A program made the translations under genes and the position numbers. A DNA stretch of 64,000 nt, taken from contig JAQIBY010000102.1 of assembly GCA_027858835.1 (NCBI GenBank), positions 65,918 to 129,917 on the forward strand. Direction: 5' to 3'. Position 1 is the first letter of the stretch. Every line of letters begins with the position of its first letter. Below, piece after piece: positions 19,234 to 28,216 of this stretch. A model generated the notes under the pieces. It was not told the origin of the DNA and ran no database searches. It saw nothing but the letters and a program-made list of their open reading frames with translations. The stretch comes from Bacteroidales bacterium. GTDB taxonomy: Bacteria > Bacteroidota > Bacteroidia > Bacteroidales > ML635J-15.

Positions 19234-19352
19234 CGGTGCCTTCGAGACGAGCCTCGTCCCTCGGCTCTCCTCAGTCACCTGCTTATGTGACAGCACATAG
19301 CTAGGTGACTGAGGGATTTCGATTTCCCATCGAAATCGTCTTGAAGGCACCG
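19234..19352. other. GC-rich four-way-junction structured element (candidate ncRNA or REP/MITE-like palindromic unit)
   Basis: A 10-bp closing stem (19234-19243 with 19343-19352) encloses three hairpins. H1 is 19243-19263 (CGAG/CTCG plus ACGA/TCGT). H2 is 19269-19314: a perfect 12 bp CCTCAGTCACCT/AGGTGACTGAGG, extended by about 7 further pairs with TATGTG/CACATA around an ACAG loop. H3 is 19315-19337: a perfect 9 bp GATTTCGAT/ATCGAAATC. Strand is undetermined. Confidence 0.5.
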
Positions 19353-19423
19353 AAATATATCACAAGACCCCGAAAAAGTCAATGCCCCCTCTCCAACTGA
19401 TTTAAAACAATCCATATTTTCAT

Positions 19424-19431
19424 TAGCTTTG
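19424..19431 (+). promoter_or_regulatory. Bacteroidota -7 box (TAGCTTTG) for the U32 peptidase gene
   Basis: Exact TAnnTTTG match ending 5 nt before ATG 19437, implying a leaderless or very short-leader mRNA. Confidence 0.4.
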
Positions 19432-19436
19432 CAGCA

Positions 19437-21419
19437 ATGGACTCACAAAAACAGAAATCGGAATTATTGCTGCCTGCCGGCAATGTCGAATCATTTTATG
19501 CTGCCATTGAAGGGGGCGCTGACGCCATTTATTTGGGGACAAAATATTTCAATGCCAGAGAGCGAGCTGCAAACTTTTCGCCTCAACAGCTAAAGGCCAT
19601 GGTAAAACATGCGCATAATCAACAGGTGAAAATTTATGTAACCCTAAACACGGTAATAAAAAATCAGGAAATTCCTGAACTTTTACATGTGCTTCATCAA
19701 TTGCAGGAAATACAACCCGATGCTTTAATTATTCAAGACATGGCGGTTTGGCACATCGTGCAAAAGTATTTTCCAAGTTTTGAGCTTCACGCCAGCACAC
19801 AAATGGCGCATCATAACAGCATAGGTGCAGATTTTGCAAAACAAATCGGTATTCAGCGTGTGATTATGGCTCGCGAGCTGAATTTCAATGAGCTACAGCA
19901 AATCTCAAAAAAAACAAAAACAGAACTGGAAATTTTTGCACATGGCGCCTTATGTTATGCCTTTTCAGGGATGTGCTTATTCAGCTCCTACCTCGGTGGA
20001 ATGGGTGCAAATCGGGGCATTTGTAAACAAGCTTGCCGCAGAATATATCACGGCACAGAAAGCGAATTCCATTTCTCAATGAAAGACAATCAGCTGATTG
20101 ATTTAGTGCCGGAATTTGCAAACTTAGGCATCCGATCAATAAAAATTGAAGGTCGCATGAAACCGGCTGAATATGTCTATCGAGTCGCAAAAGCATACCG
20201 CATGGTACTTGACAATCCCAAACGACTTGATGAAGCAAAAAAGGTATTAGAACTGGATCTCGGTCGTGAAAAAACCGCATGGTTTATGGGAGGAAATGTG
20301 AGCGAATCCATCACTCAGGCTCCTGCAACCGGAAAATTACTGGGAAAAATTCAGCATTGCGAATCTGACAGTTTTACGATTGCCACAGAGATGGAATTAC
20401 TAAAATCCTCACGAATTCGGGTGTTCTCAGCAGGAGTAAGCGAACATCAAACCTTTAAAATCGAAGGAGCCGAAACGCAGAATGGCATTTGCACCATATT
20501 TAAAAGCAATCATAACGCAAAAATTGGTGACGATGTGTATCTGGCAGGAATTCCGGAAAAACAATTTCCGTCAAAAATTCAAGAGAAATTTCAACCGATG
20601 AAATCCACGCTTCCATTTCGCTTAAAGCAGAAAATCCTGAAAGACTTGGAGCTGCATCAAAGCGGTGCAAAGTCCGTAGAAATCATCGCAAGAATCAATG
20701 AATTGGCATGGCTTCCAAAAGTAGATTTACGAGAAGTTAAGCATCTCATTATCAACCTTTCCACAAAGGAATGGCAGCATTTCGATGCAAAAAGCGGTCT
20801 GATGAAAAAATTTGCAGATAAAATCATCATCGAGCTTCCGAAATTCATCCCTGAAGGCAAAATTTCAACGTATCGGGAGCTTTGCAAAACCATGTATCAA
20901 CAAGGAATCCGCCGCTTTAGTCTCTCTCATTTATCACAAAAACTACTTGTCCCGAAAGGCAGCATTTTAATGGCCAATGAAAATATTTATAGTTTCAGCG
21001 ATGCGTCCATCATTGCTCTAAAACGCAACGGAATTCAGGATTATATTCGTCCGGTTGAGAACGATTTCCCGAATTTACTCGCCGGCAAAGACCGTTTTGG
21101 CATCATACCTATTTATTTTCATCCCCATTTATTTGTATCGCGCATGCCGGTAAAAACGGGCGAAAGCTTTCACGAAAACGACGGAAGAAATTATTTGCAT
21201 CATGTTGTTGATGGGATTACTTACATAATTCCTGAGGAGCCGGTAAGTCTGACTCAATACAAAAACAAGCTGGAAAACAAGGGCTTCAAGCGCTATCTCA
21301 TCGATTTGTCCTTTACCAAAGTTTCCTCTAACCGATTTAAAACCATCGTGAAGCGTTTAAAACAATCGGAGCAAATTCAACCTGCAAGCAATTTTAATTT
21401 CAAGGCGGAGATGAAGTAA
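19437..21419 (+). CDS. U32-family peptidase (long form)
   Basis: N-terminal U32 pattern (ELLLPAGNVESFYAAIEGGADAIYLG ... FNARERAANFS ... YVTLNT) and Cys-rich segment (GALCYAFSGMCLFSSYLGGMGANRGICKQACRR). Confidence 0.85.
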   Translation: MDSQKQKSELLLPAGNVESFYAAIEGGADAIYLGTKYFNARERAANFSPQQLKAMVKHAHNQQVKIYVTLNTVIKNQEIPELLHVLHQLQEIQPDALIIQDMAVWHIVQKYFPSFELHASTQMAHHNSIGADFAKQIGIQRVIMARELNFNELQQISKKTKTELEIFAHGALCYAFSGMCLFSSYLGGMGANRGICKQACRRIYHGTESEFHFSMKDNQLIDLVPEFANLGIRSIKIEGRMKPAEYVYRVAKAYRMVLDNPKRLDEAKKVLELDLGREKTAWFMGGNVSESITQAPATGKLLGKIQHCESDSFTIATEMELLKSSRIRVFSAGVSEHQTFKIEGAETQNGICTIFKSNHNAKIGDDVYLAGIPEKQFPSKIQEKFQPMKSTLPFRLKQKILKDLELHQSGAKSVEIIARINELAWLPKVDLREVKHLIINLSTKEWQHFDAKSGLMKKFADKIIIELPKFIPEGKISTYRELCKTMYQQGIRRFSLSHLSQKLLVPKGSILMANENIYSFSDASIIALKRNGIQDYIRPVENDFPNLLAGKDRFGIIPIYFHPHLFVSRMPVKTGESFHENDGRNYLHHVVDGITYIIPEEPVSLTQYKNKLENKGFKRYLIDLSFTKVSSNRFKTIVKRLKQSEQIQPASNFNFKAEMK

Positions 21420-21511
21420 GCGAATTACTTTTCCAAATAAATAAATAAATAAACTTTTCCAAAGTCTGAAACTTTGAAAAAGATAAATAATACTTCGCTT
21501 TATAATAATTT

Positions 21512-21698
21512 GGGCGCTATTCCTGTCTTCGGCTGCTAGCTCCCTTGTGTTTCCCCGTTTTTGCGATGTGGCAAACAGGAGCTTCCTGCCTCCCTTTCAG
21601 TCCGGCAGATAAAGCTTGGTCGCTCTGTTGCCACAGCAAAATCAGGGGCAAACCCTGCGGCAGGCTATTCACCTACGCCAGAGCGCAGCTATCTGCTA
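21512..21698. other. GC-rich long imperfect hairpin element (candidate ncRNA or 3'-UTR structure)
   Basis: Extended pairing of 21553-21590 with 21604-21648: CCCCG/CAGGGG, T5/A4, TGTGGCAAACAG/CTGTTGCCACA, GCTT..CTGCC/GGCAG..AAGC, with a 13-nt apical loop at 21591-21603. A possible closing stem is GCGCT/AGCGC (21514-21518/21682-21686). It lies between convergent gene ends. Confidence 0.4.
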
Positions 21699-21758
21699 TA
21701 AACAAACGATTTGCTGAAAATTTAAAACGATTTATTTTTTAAATAAATTAAGGCTTTA

Positions 21759-24700
21759 CTATCGAATAAGATAAATCACGCCATCGTAGCGATAATCAAT
21801 ACCGGTAATGTCTTTAAATTCGCAATACCATGCATACACCCCGGATTTCAACAATTCATCTCCTTTAACAACATTCCCCAAATAAGTGCCATCCCAGGTT
21901 CCTTCTCCGCAAGCGCTACAATCATTAATGTAATTCTCGGTTTCAAAAACCAACTCGCCCCAACGATCATAAACTTTCATGCTAAAGGCATTGGGGTCAA
22001 TTCCATTTCCGCAAACTGAAAAGCAATCATTATGCCCATCGTGATTTGGTGAAAATGCTGTGGGTGCATAAAAGCTGAAAAAGTCGCGAACTGTAATATT
22101 TTTGTAAGCGGTATCTCGGCAACCAAAAGAATTCGATCCCATTAAAAATATCTCATATTCCCCGATTCCATCGTAAGTATGCCGAATTGAATGAGCAGAA
22201 TATTCCGTTGAATCGCCATCCCCAAAATGCCAATACAAACTATCTGTAAATTGCGTTGTACTCACAAATTCAACCGTCGGATTCAACATACTGATTTCAT
22301 TGGGTTGAGTATAAAAATCGATTTCCGGTTCGGGATACACATGAATCATATTTGGTTTTTCACGCAATGACATACAACCATTTTCATCAATAATTTTTAA
22401 TGACACGGTAAACAATCCACTATTTTGGTAAATATGCACCGGATTACGCTCGAAAGAGAATTTATCGTTGCCAAAATTCCATTCATATTGTGCTCCTGCC
22501 TGATTATTAATTTCATTAAAATGCACTTTCAAAGGTGGGCAACCACCAACAATATCCGAAGTGAAATTATTCTGTGGCGTTTCCCACACATGAATATAAA
22601 CTGAATCAGTAACATTAGGAGTTTGGCAGGCATCGCTTGCAGTAACACTATGCCATCCAGATTCAGTAGGATATATAATTGCCGGCGATGGAATGATTTG
22701 CGTTTCATCATAAAATAATTGGTAAGGACCACCATTTCCTCCACTAACACCTGTATAAAGGGTGATTGATTCTCCGGGGCAAATGGAATCCTGATCGGGA
22801 TAAATCACATCGAGACTTAGCGGTGGATGTACATTCACAGTAAAATTGTAATGCGCCTCGCAGCCTACAATATCCGTAACATTAACCTGATATTGAGTCG
22901 TAGTATCGGGTGTCAGGCTTACATTATCACCATACCAGTTAAATTCGTCGTTATCAGTCCAATGAAAATCATATTCAGGGGTTCCACCCAAAGCAGAAAG
23001 CGACATATTAACTTCTCCACCAATACAAATCTGCGAATTATGAATTCCTTGCACATTAATCGGAATTGGAGCATCAACGGTAGCACTCAACTCCAACACA
23101 CACATATTGGCATCGGTAACTGTCAAATGATGCACGCCACCGCCGACAACAACGGAATCGTTATTGTCACCGTTTGACCAAAAATACTGATAGGGAGCAG
23201 TACCACCCATTACCTCTACCCAGGCTAAACCATCTTGTGAGTAACTGCATGTTGCTGCCTCGGTGTACATATTATGAAACATTTCAGCGGGTTCATCAAT
23301 CTGATACACTTGATTAACAGTACAACCAATATCATCTGTAACAACTAAATTATAAGTGCCTGCACACAATCCATTTGCATAATTTCCGGAATAATCCCAA
23401 GAATAGGAATAAGGCGGAATTCCAGCTGTTACATTTGCCCATGCTTGTCCGTCACAACTTTCATAACATCGGGAATCTTCCGTTGTTAAATCCAAGTTCA
23501 TTGTTTCACTGACAGTTACCAAGCAGCTCAATTGCTCTGACTCACAACCATTTGCATCCGACACATACACATTATATTGAGTTGTTGTATCTGGCATAAC
23601 ATCAAGTTGAGATGCCGTTTGCATTGGAAACTCTAGCCAATGGTACGTTAATGGTGCAGTTCCCCCGTTTGCAACAATATACAAGGGAACATCATTCCCC
23701 TGACAAATTGCAGTATCGGAATTAAAACTAATTTCAAGTTCATCAATGCTGCTGATATTCCACGCATCATTTGTTGAACATCCATTATCATCGGTTACAG
23801 TAAGCTGATAATTTCCGCCAACAAGGTCTGAAAGCAATGCTGTATTATCACTGGTATTCCATTGATAAGTAAAAGGAGCTGTTCCGCCGTTAATCGTCAC
23901 ATCAATTTCTCCAATAATATCTCCATAACACAAGTTATCAGTTATCGTCGCATCTAAATTCATTGCAGGGTGCACTGTCACATTAAATAATTCGGAAGCG
24001 GTACAACCAAAATCATCCATCACGGTAACAGCATAATTTCCACTGGAACTAATAGTAATTGCATCGGTATTTTCCCCGGTTGACCAGCCATAATTAAATG
24101 GCGCAACACCATTCGTAATATTCACCGAAGCGACGGCATCATCACCGGCACAAAGCTCCGGCTCATAATCTACATTAAATTCTACCTCGGAATAATCAAT
24201 TTGTACTGACTCGGTATCTTGACAAGTTCCAAAATTAACGGTTACTGTATAATTCCCTTGCGTTAAATCGCTTGCTGTTTGCGTTGTTTGAACAGGCGTA
24301 GTATTCCATGAAAAGGTACAATCTGCGGGGTCAGCTCCGCTCACATTTGCTGTTGCAGAAAATGGTCCGGCACATGCATTTCCCGAAGTGGTAATATCTA
24401 CTGTAAGGTTTCCATCATCAATAATGTTAAAGTTAATAACGGTATCGCCACAAGTAGCACCATCAGCTACTGTTACAGAATAAGCGCCTGCTGTTAAATC
24501 GCTGATTGAGCTTCCACTATCTCCTGTACTCCAATCATAAGTTGGAGTTCCGGTACATGACTGCAATACGCTAATAGAGGCAGATCCAGACTCACCACAA
24601 ATTGCATCGCTTATTGTCAAATCCACCAGCAAAGCCTGCTCAATAAAAGGAGCTGAAAATCCATAAGTACAGAGTGAATTTCCTGACATCATACTATAAC

Positions 24701-25619
24701 CGTCCATCGCCAAAATGTAATCTCCCGGTGGAAGGTTTTCAGAAAAAGTAACAGTCCCCGTACCGTTTGCACAACCGTAATAGGTTCCACTATTATTTGG
24801 CGGATCGCTACTTGGGCTGCCCCCAATACCATTACAATTTGTGCCATTCCATGAATACACTGCAAATTGGATTTCAGGATTTTCACCCAACCCACCTTCA
24901 TTGGAAATACAATCTCCGTTTTCAGCGGTAATGGTATAAGGTTGCACATCAGTATCAGTCACAGTAAAATAATAAAATATCGAATTATCAGTTGTATTCC
25001 AACCACAGGTTTCCGGTGCAGCTATATCTCCCCCGGTTGACAAAATATTACAACCACCAGTTCCCAACTCAATGGGTGTATCACAATCGTCTTCTTGCAA
25101 ATCGAGACGAACAGATGCAGCAATAAATATATTTTGTGCTAAATTATTTTCATCCCAAACCCGCATCCAAACAGTTTCACCGGGAGTTAATCCGGAATAT
25201 TCTTCCCAACGAATTTCTCCATTTTCCATAAATGCGCCGGAAGACTCAAAACAATCCAGTAAGGTCAGGTTATCACAATCACTACCGGAATAAATTGCCA
25301 TTCCCGGAGTTGATGGATTTGGGAATGGAATTGTATTGTCAGAATTAAACACGTGAAATGCCATCGTGTTAACACCACCCGGCACAGTATATGAGTACCA
25401 CAAATCATTGGTTGTTCCACTGTTAAACGATGCACAACTCGGTTCCGGTGCCGTTGTTGAGGGTGTTGCAGCACCCAAATCAATGGTCTCAAAAGCCATT
25501 TCACCACAAGTGGAGTATAATGTCACCGGTAAATTAACGGCTGAATTGCACTCATCCTGAGCAAAACTAAGATTCCCAAATAAAAATAACACCAAAAATA
25601 AAGCTATACACTTTGTCAT
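21759..25619 (-). CDS. large secreted multi-repeat adhesin-like protein with T9SS type B (gliding-motility-associated) C-terminal domain
   Basis: Signal peptide, two Cys-containing N-terminal modules, and about 9 SprB-type repeats (pattern C.G...G.I.V...GG..P..Y.W). A PKD-like domain follows (VHFNEINNQAGAQYEWNFGND). The C-terminus matches the type B sorting domain (PTAFSPNHDGHNDCF...YDRWGELVFE...WDGTY...GVYAWY...GVIYLIR). Confidence 0.85.
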   Translation of the reverse strand: MTKCIALFLVLFLFGNLSFAQDECNSAVNLPVTLYSTCGEMAFETIDLGAATPSTTAPEPSCASFNSGTTNDLWYSYTVPGGVNTMAFHVFNSDNTIPFPNPSTPGMAIYSGSDCDNLTLLDCFESSGAFMENGEIRWEEYSGLTPGETVWMRVWDENNLAQNIFIAASVRLDLQEDDCDTPIELGTGGCNILSTGGDIAAPETCGWNTTDNSIFYYFTVTDTDVQPYTITAENGDCISNEGGLGENPEIQFAVYSWNGTNCNGIGGSPSSDPPNNSGTYYGCANGTGTVTFSENLPPGDYILAMDGYSMMSGNSLCTYGFSAPFIEQALLVDLTISDAICGESGSASISVLQSCTGTPTYDWSTGDSGSSISDLTAGAYSVTVADGATCGDTVINFNIIDDGNLTVDITTSGNACAGPFSATANVSGADPADCTFSWNTTPVQTTQTASDLTQGNYTVTVNFGTCQDTESVQIDYSEVEFNVDYEPELCAGDDAVASVNITNGVAPFNYGWSTGENTDAITISSSGNYAVTVMDDFGCTASELFNVTVHPAMNLDATITDNLCYGDIIGEIDVTINGGTAPFTYQWNTSDNTALLSDLVGGNYQLTVTDDNGCSTNDAWNISSIDELEISFNSDTAICQGNDVPLYIVANGGTAPLTYHWLEFPMQTASQLDVMPDTTTQYNVYVSDANGCESEQLSCLVTVSETMNLDLTTEDSRCYESCDGQAWANVTAGIPPYSYSWDYSGNYANGLCAGTYNLVVTDDIGCTVNQVYQIDEPAEMFHNMYTEAATCSYSQDGLAWVEVMGGTAPYQYFWSNGDNNDSVVVGGGVHHLTVTDANMCVLELSATVDAPIPINVQGIHNSQICIGGEVNMSLSALGGTPEYDFHWTDNDEFNWYGDNVSLTPDTTTQYQVNVTDIVGCEAHYNFTVNVHPPLSLDVIYPDQDSICPGESITLYTGVSGGNGGPYQLFYDETQIIPSPAIIYPTESGWHSVTASDACQTPNVTDSVYIHVWETPQNNFTSDIVGGCPPLKVHFNEINNQAGAQYEWNFGNDKFSFERNPVHIYQNSGLFTVSLKIIDENGCMSLREKPNMIHVYPEPEIDFYTQPNEISMLNPTVEFVSTTQFTDSLYWHFGDGDSTEYSAHSIRHTYDGIGEYEIFLMGSNSFGCRDTAYKNITVRDFFSFYAPTAFSPNHDGHNDCFSVCGNGIDPNAFSMKVYDRWGELVFETENYINDCSACGEGTWDGTYLGNVVKGDELLKSGVYAWYCEFKDITGIDYRYDGVIYLIR

Positions 25620-25825
25620 GCCTGAATTCTATAAAATTAACCCCATAAACTGTCACCCAAATATACACATTGAGTTTGAAAAATACAAATAAAAAAAGGA
25701 AAACAGCTTAAAACAAGTAAACAAAAATATTGAAGCGATTAACTGTGGCATGGCAACCATAATAGCGCAACAAAACCAGCAGCACACAACATACTACTAT
25801 ATTGAATGTTAAACAATAATTGTAT

Positions 25826-25857
25826 TAAAAAAAAACCGAAACTAAACGTTCCGGTTG
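25826..25857 (-). terminator. intrinsic terminator after kbl
   Basis: On the minus strand, hairpin CCGGAAC-gttta-GTTTCGG (one mismatch) followed by a T-run (plus-strand A-run 25826-25833). Confidence 0.5.
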
Positions 25858-25879
25858 TAAAAAAAATTTTCTGCACTTT

Positions 25880-27103
25880 TTATGCTTTGAAAGCTTTTAA
25901 CAAATCAATCACATAATCAATATCAACAGCGGTATGGTCACCGTTAATTTGGAAACGAATTTCCTCATCACCTTTCGGAACAACCGGGAAATTCAATCCT
26001 GTCGCAAGCACTCCATTTTGTTTTAAGTGTTCAACAATTTTTGATGTTTTTTCGGTATCACGAACCATGAGCGGAGTCACAGGATGTGGGCCAAGAATGG
26101 TTTCCATGCCATTATCAACCAAACCTTTTTCAAAACGGGCTGTCATTTCAGCAAGATGTTTCAGTCGTTTTTCGCCTTCATCGGATTGTAAAATATCCAG
26201 CACTTTAAGCACTGCAGCACATTCTGAATTGGTAATCGGATTTGAATAAATGTACATCGGGGCCGTTTCGCGCAAATACCGTAAGACTTCTTTTGAGCTC
26301 ACAACATATCCGCCATTTACACCGAATGCTTTTCCGAGTGTACCAATTAACACATCCATTTTCCCGCCTGTTACCGCTTCAGTTCCCAATCCTTTTTCGC
26401 CGTAAGCACCAACACCATGAGAATCGTCTGCTATGGTAATAATGCCTTCTTCAAATTTATCATTGTATTTCGCCACAATGCGATTGATTTCATCCAATGG
26501 AGCAAAATCACCACGCATGGAGAACACACCGTCAGTTACGAGAAGAACACGTTTACCTACACCAATGGCCTCTTGGATTTTCGCCTCCATATCAGCCATA
26601 TCGTTGTGTTTGTAAATAAATTTTCCGGCAGGACGGCTTAATCTCATTGCTTGAATAATGCAATTGTGATTGAGTTCATCACTTACAAAAACGGCATCTT
26701 TTGTTGCGAGCGGAACAATAACACCCATTGAAGTCACATACGCACTAGAGAAAAGCATTGCAGCTTCACGTCCGTGAAATTTTGCCAATCGTTCTTCCAA
26801 TTCAACATGTGGTTTGTGGGTTCCGGAAATAAAACGCACAGCGCCTGGCCCAACACCATATTCCATTGCAGCAGCTTCTTCCGCTTTAATGACTTCCGGA
26901 TTCATGCTCAATCCCAAATACGCATTGGAATTCATTTTAATAAATCCTTTATCGCCAAAACCACGAACAAGATATCGGGGTCCGTTTTCACCTTTTGCAG
27001 GAATGACTTTTTCAATAATCAATTCTGCACCTTTGGCAGTTCCTTTATTTTCTAATGCCTCTACTTCACTTGCGAGGACTTTATTTAATTTCTCTAAACT
27101 CAT
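25880..27103 (-). CDS. kbl: glycine C-acetyltransferase (2-amino-3-ketobutyrate CoA ligase)
   Basis: Class II aminotransferase / alpha-oxoamine synthase pattern (NSNAYLGL, DELNHNCII, ADDSHGVGAYGEKG, GTLGKAFG). It sits immediately downstream of tdh. Confidence 0.9.
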   Translation of the reverse strand: MSLEKLNKVLASEVEALENKGTAKGAELIIEKVIPAKGENGPRYLVRGFGDKGFIKMNSNAYLGLSMNPEVIKAEEAAAMEYGVGPGAVRFISGTHKPHVELEERLAKFHGREAAMLFSSAYVTSMGVIVPLATKDAVFVSDELNHNCIIQAMRLSRPAGKFIYKHNDMADMEAKIQEAIGVGKRVLLVTDGVFSMRGDFAPLDEINRIVAKYNDKFEEGIITIADDSHGVGAYGEKGLGTEAVTGGKMDVLIGTLGKAFGVNGGYVVSSKEVLRYLRETAPMYIYSNPITNSECAAVLKVLDILQSDEGEKRLKHLAEMTARFEKGLVDNGMETILGPHPVTPLMVRDTEKTSKIVEHLKQNGVLATGLNFPVVPKGDEEIRFQINGDHTAVDIDYVIDLLKAFKA

Positions 27104-27115
27104 AATAACAATGTT

Positions 27116-28063
27116 TTATGATAATTTTTCCTGAATTTTTTCCAGCATAATATCCACCATTTCCTCCAGCCCATACTCATGAGACCATCCCCACTCTTCG
27201 CGGGCACAAGAATCATCTAAGCTTGCTGGCCATGAATCGGCAATCTCCTGGCGATAATCGGGTTCATAAGAAATCTCAAATTCCGGGATGCGTTTTTTAA
27301 TTGCATCAGCAAGTTCTTGCGGAGTAAAACTGACAGCTGCCACATTATAATCTGCATGATGTTTGAGACTTTCAAATGGTGCTTCAGCCAAATCCATGAT
27401 GGATTTAATGGCATCCGACATAAACATCATCGGCAAACGTGAATCAGGACCTAAAAAGCTAGTGTATTTTTTATTTTTTAATGCTTCATAAAAAATATCG
27501 ATGGCGTAATCAGTTGTTCCGCCGCCTGGCAACGTTTTATAAGAAATAATTCCCGGATATCTTACACCACGAACATCTACACCAAATCGTTTTACATAAT
27601 AATTTCCGAGCAATTCACCGGCAACTTTTGTTACTCCATACATTGAAGTCGGGCGTTGAATGGTATCATTCGGGGTATTATTTTTTGGAGAATCCGGACC
27701 GAAAGCGGCAATTGAACTCGGGACTAAGACACGTTCGAGTTTTTGCTCACGTGCAACTTCAAGCACATTAAACAGACCGTTCATGTTCACCTGATACGCC
27801 AACTGGGGATTTTTCTCCCCCACAGCAGACAAAATTGCACCCAAATGATATATTGTATCAACCTTATAATGTTTCACAACAGCATCCAATGCATTTTTAT
27901 CCAAAACATCAATAATTTCGCATGGCCCTGCAGCTTTGGTTTCTGCGCAAGGTTCCTGCAGGTCGCTGGCAACGACATTGTCTTTTCCATACTTATCTCT
28001 CAAGGCATCAGTAAGTTCTGACCCTATTTGACCTAAAGCTCCGGTAACTAAAATACGTTTCAT
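27116..28063 (-). CDS. tdh: L-threonine 3-dehydrogenase (short-chain, UDP-galactose-4-epimerase-like type)
   Basis: Rossmann motif ILVTGALGQIGSEL, catalytic YGVTK. Pairing with kbl is the classical threonine-to-glycine pathway. The start is taken at MKRILV (ATG 28061-28063). Confidence 0.85.
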   Translation of the reverse strand: MKRILVTGALGQIGSELTDALRDKYGKDNVVASDLQEPCAETKAAGPCEIIDVLDKNALDAVVKHYKVDTIYHLGAILSAVGEKNPQLAYQVNMNGLFNVLEVAREQKLERVLVPSSIAAFGPDSPKNNTPNDTIQRPTSMYGVTKVAGELLGNYYVKRFGVDVRGVRYPGIISYKTLPGGGTTDYAIDIFYEALKNKKYTSFLGPDSRLPMMFMSDAIKSIMDLAEAPFESLKHHADYNVAAVSFTPQELADAIKKRIPEFEISYEPDYRQEIADSWPASLDDSCAREEWGWSHEYGLEEMVDIMLEKIQEKLS

Positions 28064-28173
28064 ATTAACAGGTTTCAGTTTGAAAAACAAATTTAAAAGT
28101 AATTATTCAAAATTAACAGGATTTTTGATTTTAAAACAAGACATTCGTCATTTTGAATTATTATAAACAATAT

Positions 28174-28181
28174 TAAATTTG
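28174..28181 (+). promoter_or_regulatory. Bacteroidota -7 box (TAAATTTG) for pruA
   Basis: Exact TAnnTTTG match 36 nt upstream of ATG 28217. Confidence 0.4.
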
Positions 28182-28216
28182 TAAAAAAATAAACGTTAAT
28201 TTAAAAGGTAGTGATT

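Noticed and set aside
19051-19350. Track ORFs 19051-19350 (-, 99 aa) and 19094-19300 (+, 68 aa) as protein genes
   Set aside because: They overlap each other on opposite strands and owe their length to the palindromic GC-rich element. They have no signal or domain features, odd composition and no start context. The structured-element explanation is simpler.
19234-19352. Retron msr/msd ncRNA or a tRNA/tRNA-like gene for the four-way junction
   Set aside because: No reverse transcriptase gene is nearby; the neighbours are an MFS transporter and a U32 peptidase. At 119 nt, with arm lengths that do not fit tRNA and no GTTC T-loop or other invariant positions, it is not a tRNA.
21512-21698. Known RNA families for the 21.6-kb island: cobalamin riboswitch, SRP/4.5S RNA, RNase P, tmRNA
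   Set aside because: The minus strand has AGCCGAAGACAGG and GCCACAT, which faintly resemble B12-box and GCCACTG elements. The GGGAA..GUG..CCCGC core is missing and the order and pairing do not fit. There is no SRP GGAA/AGCA domain-IV motif, no GGAAAGUCCGG RNase P motif and no tRNA-like tmRNA ends.
21545-21742. Track ORF 21545-21742 (+, 65 aa, Cys/Pro/Ala-rich) as a small protein
   Set aside because: It coincides exactly with the GC-rich long hairpin. The open frame is the expected by-product of stop-codon-poor GC-rich sequence. No promoter box or RBS-like context was seen.
22827-23177. Antisense or alternative-frame ORFs embedded in long genes. Examples: 22827-23177, 28693-29070, 33027-33464, 49721-50140, 726-1070, 9914-10240, 58327-58644
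   Set aside because: Each lies wholly inside a much longer ORF with clear family-level homology on the other strand or frame. Their low-complexity, atypical composition is typical of shadow ORFs.
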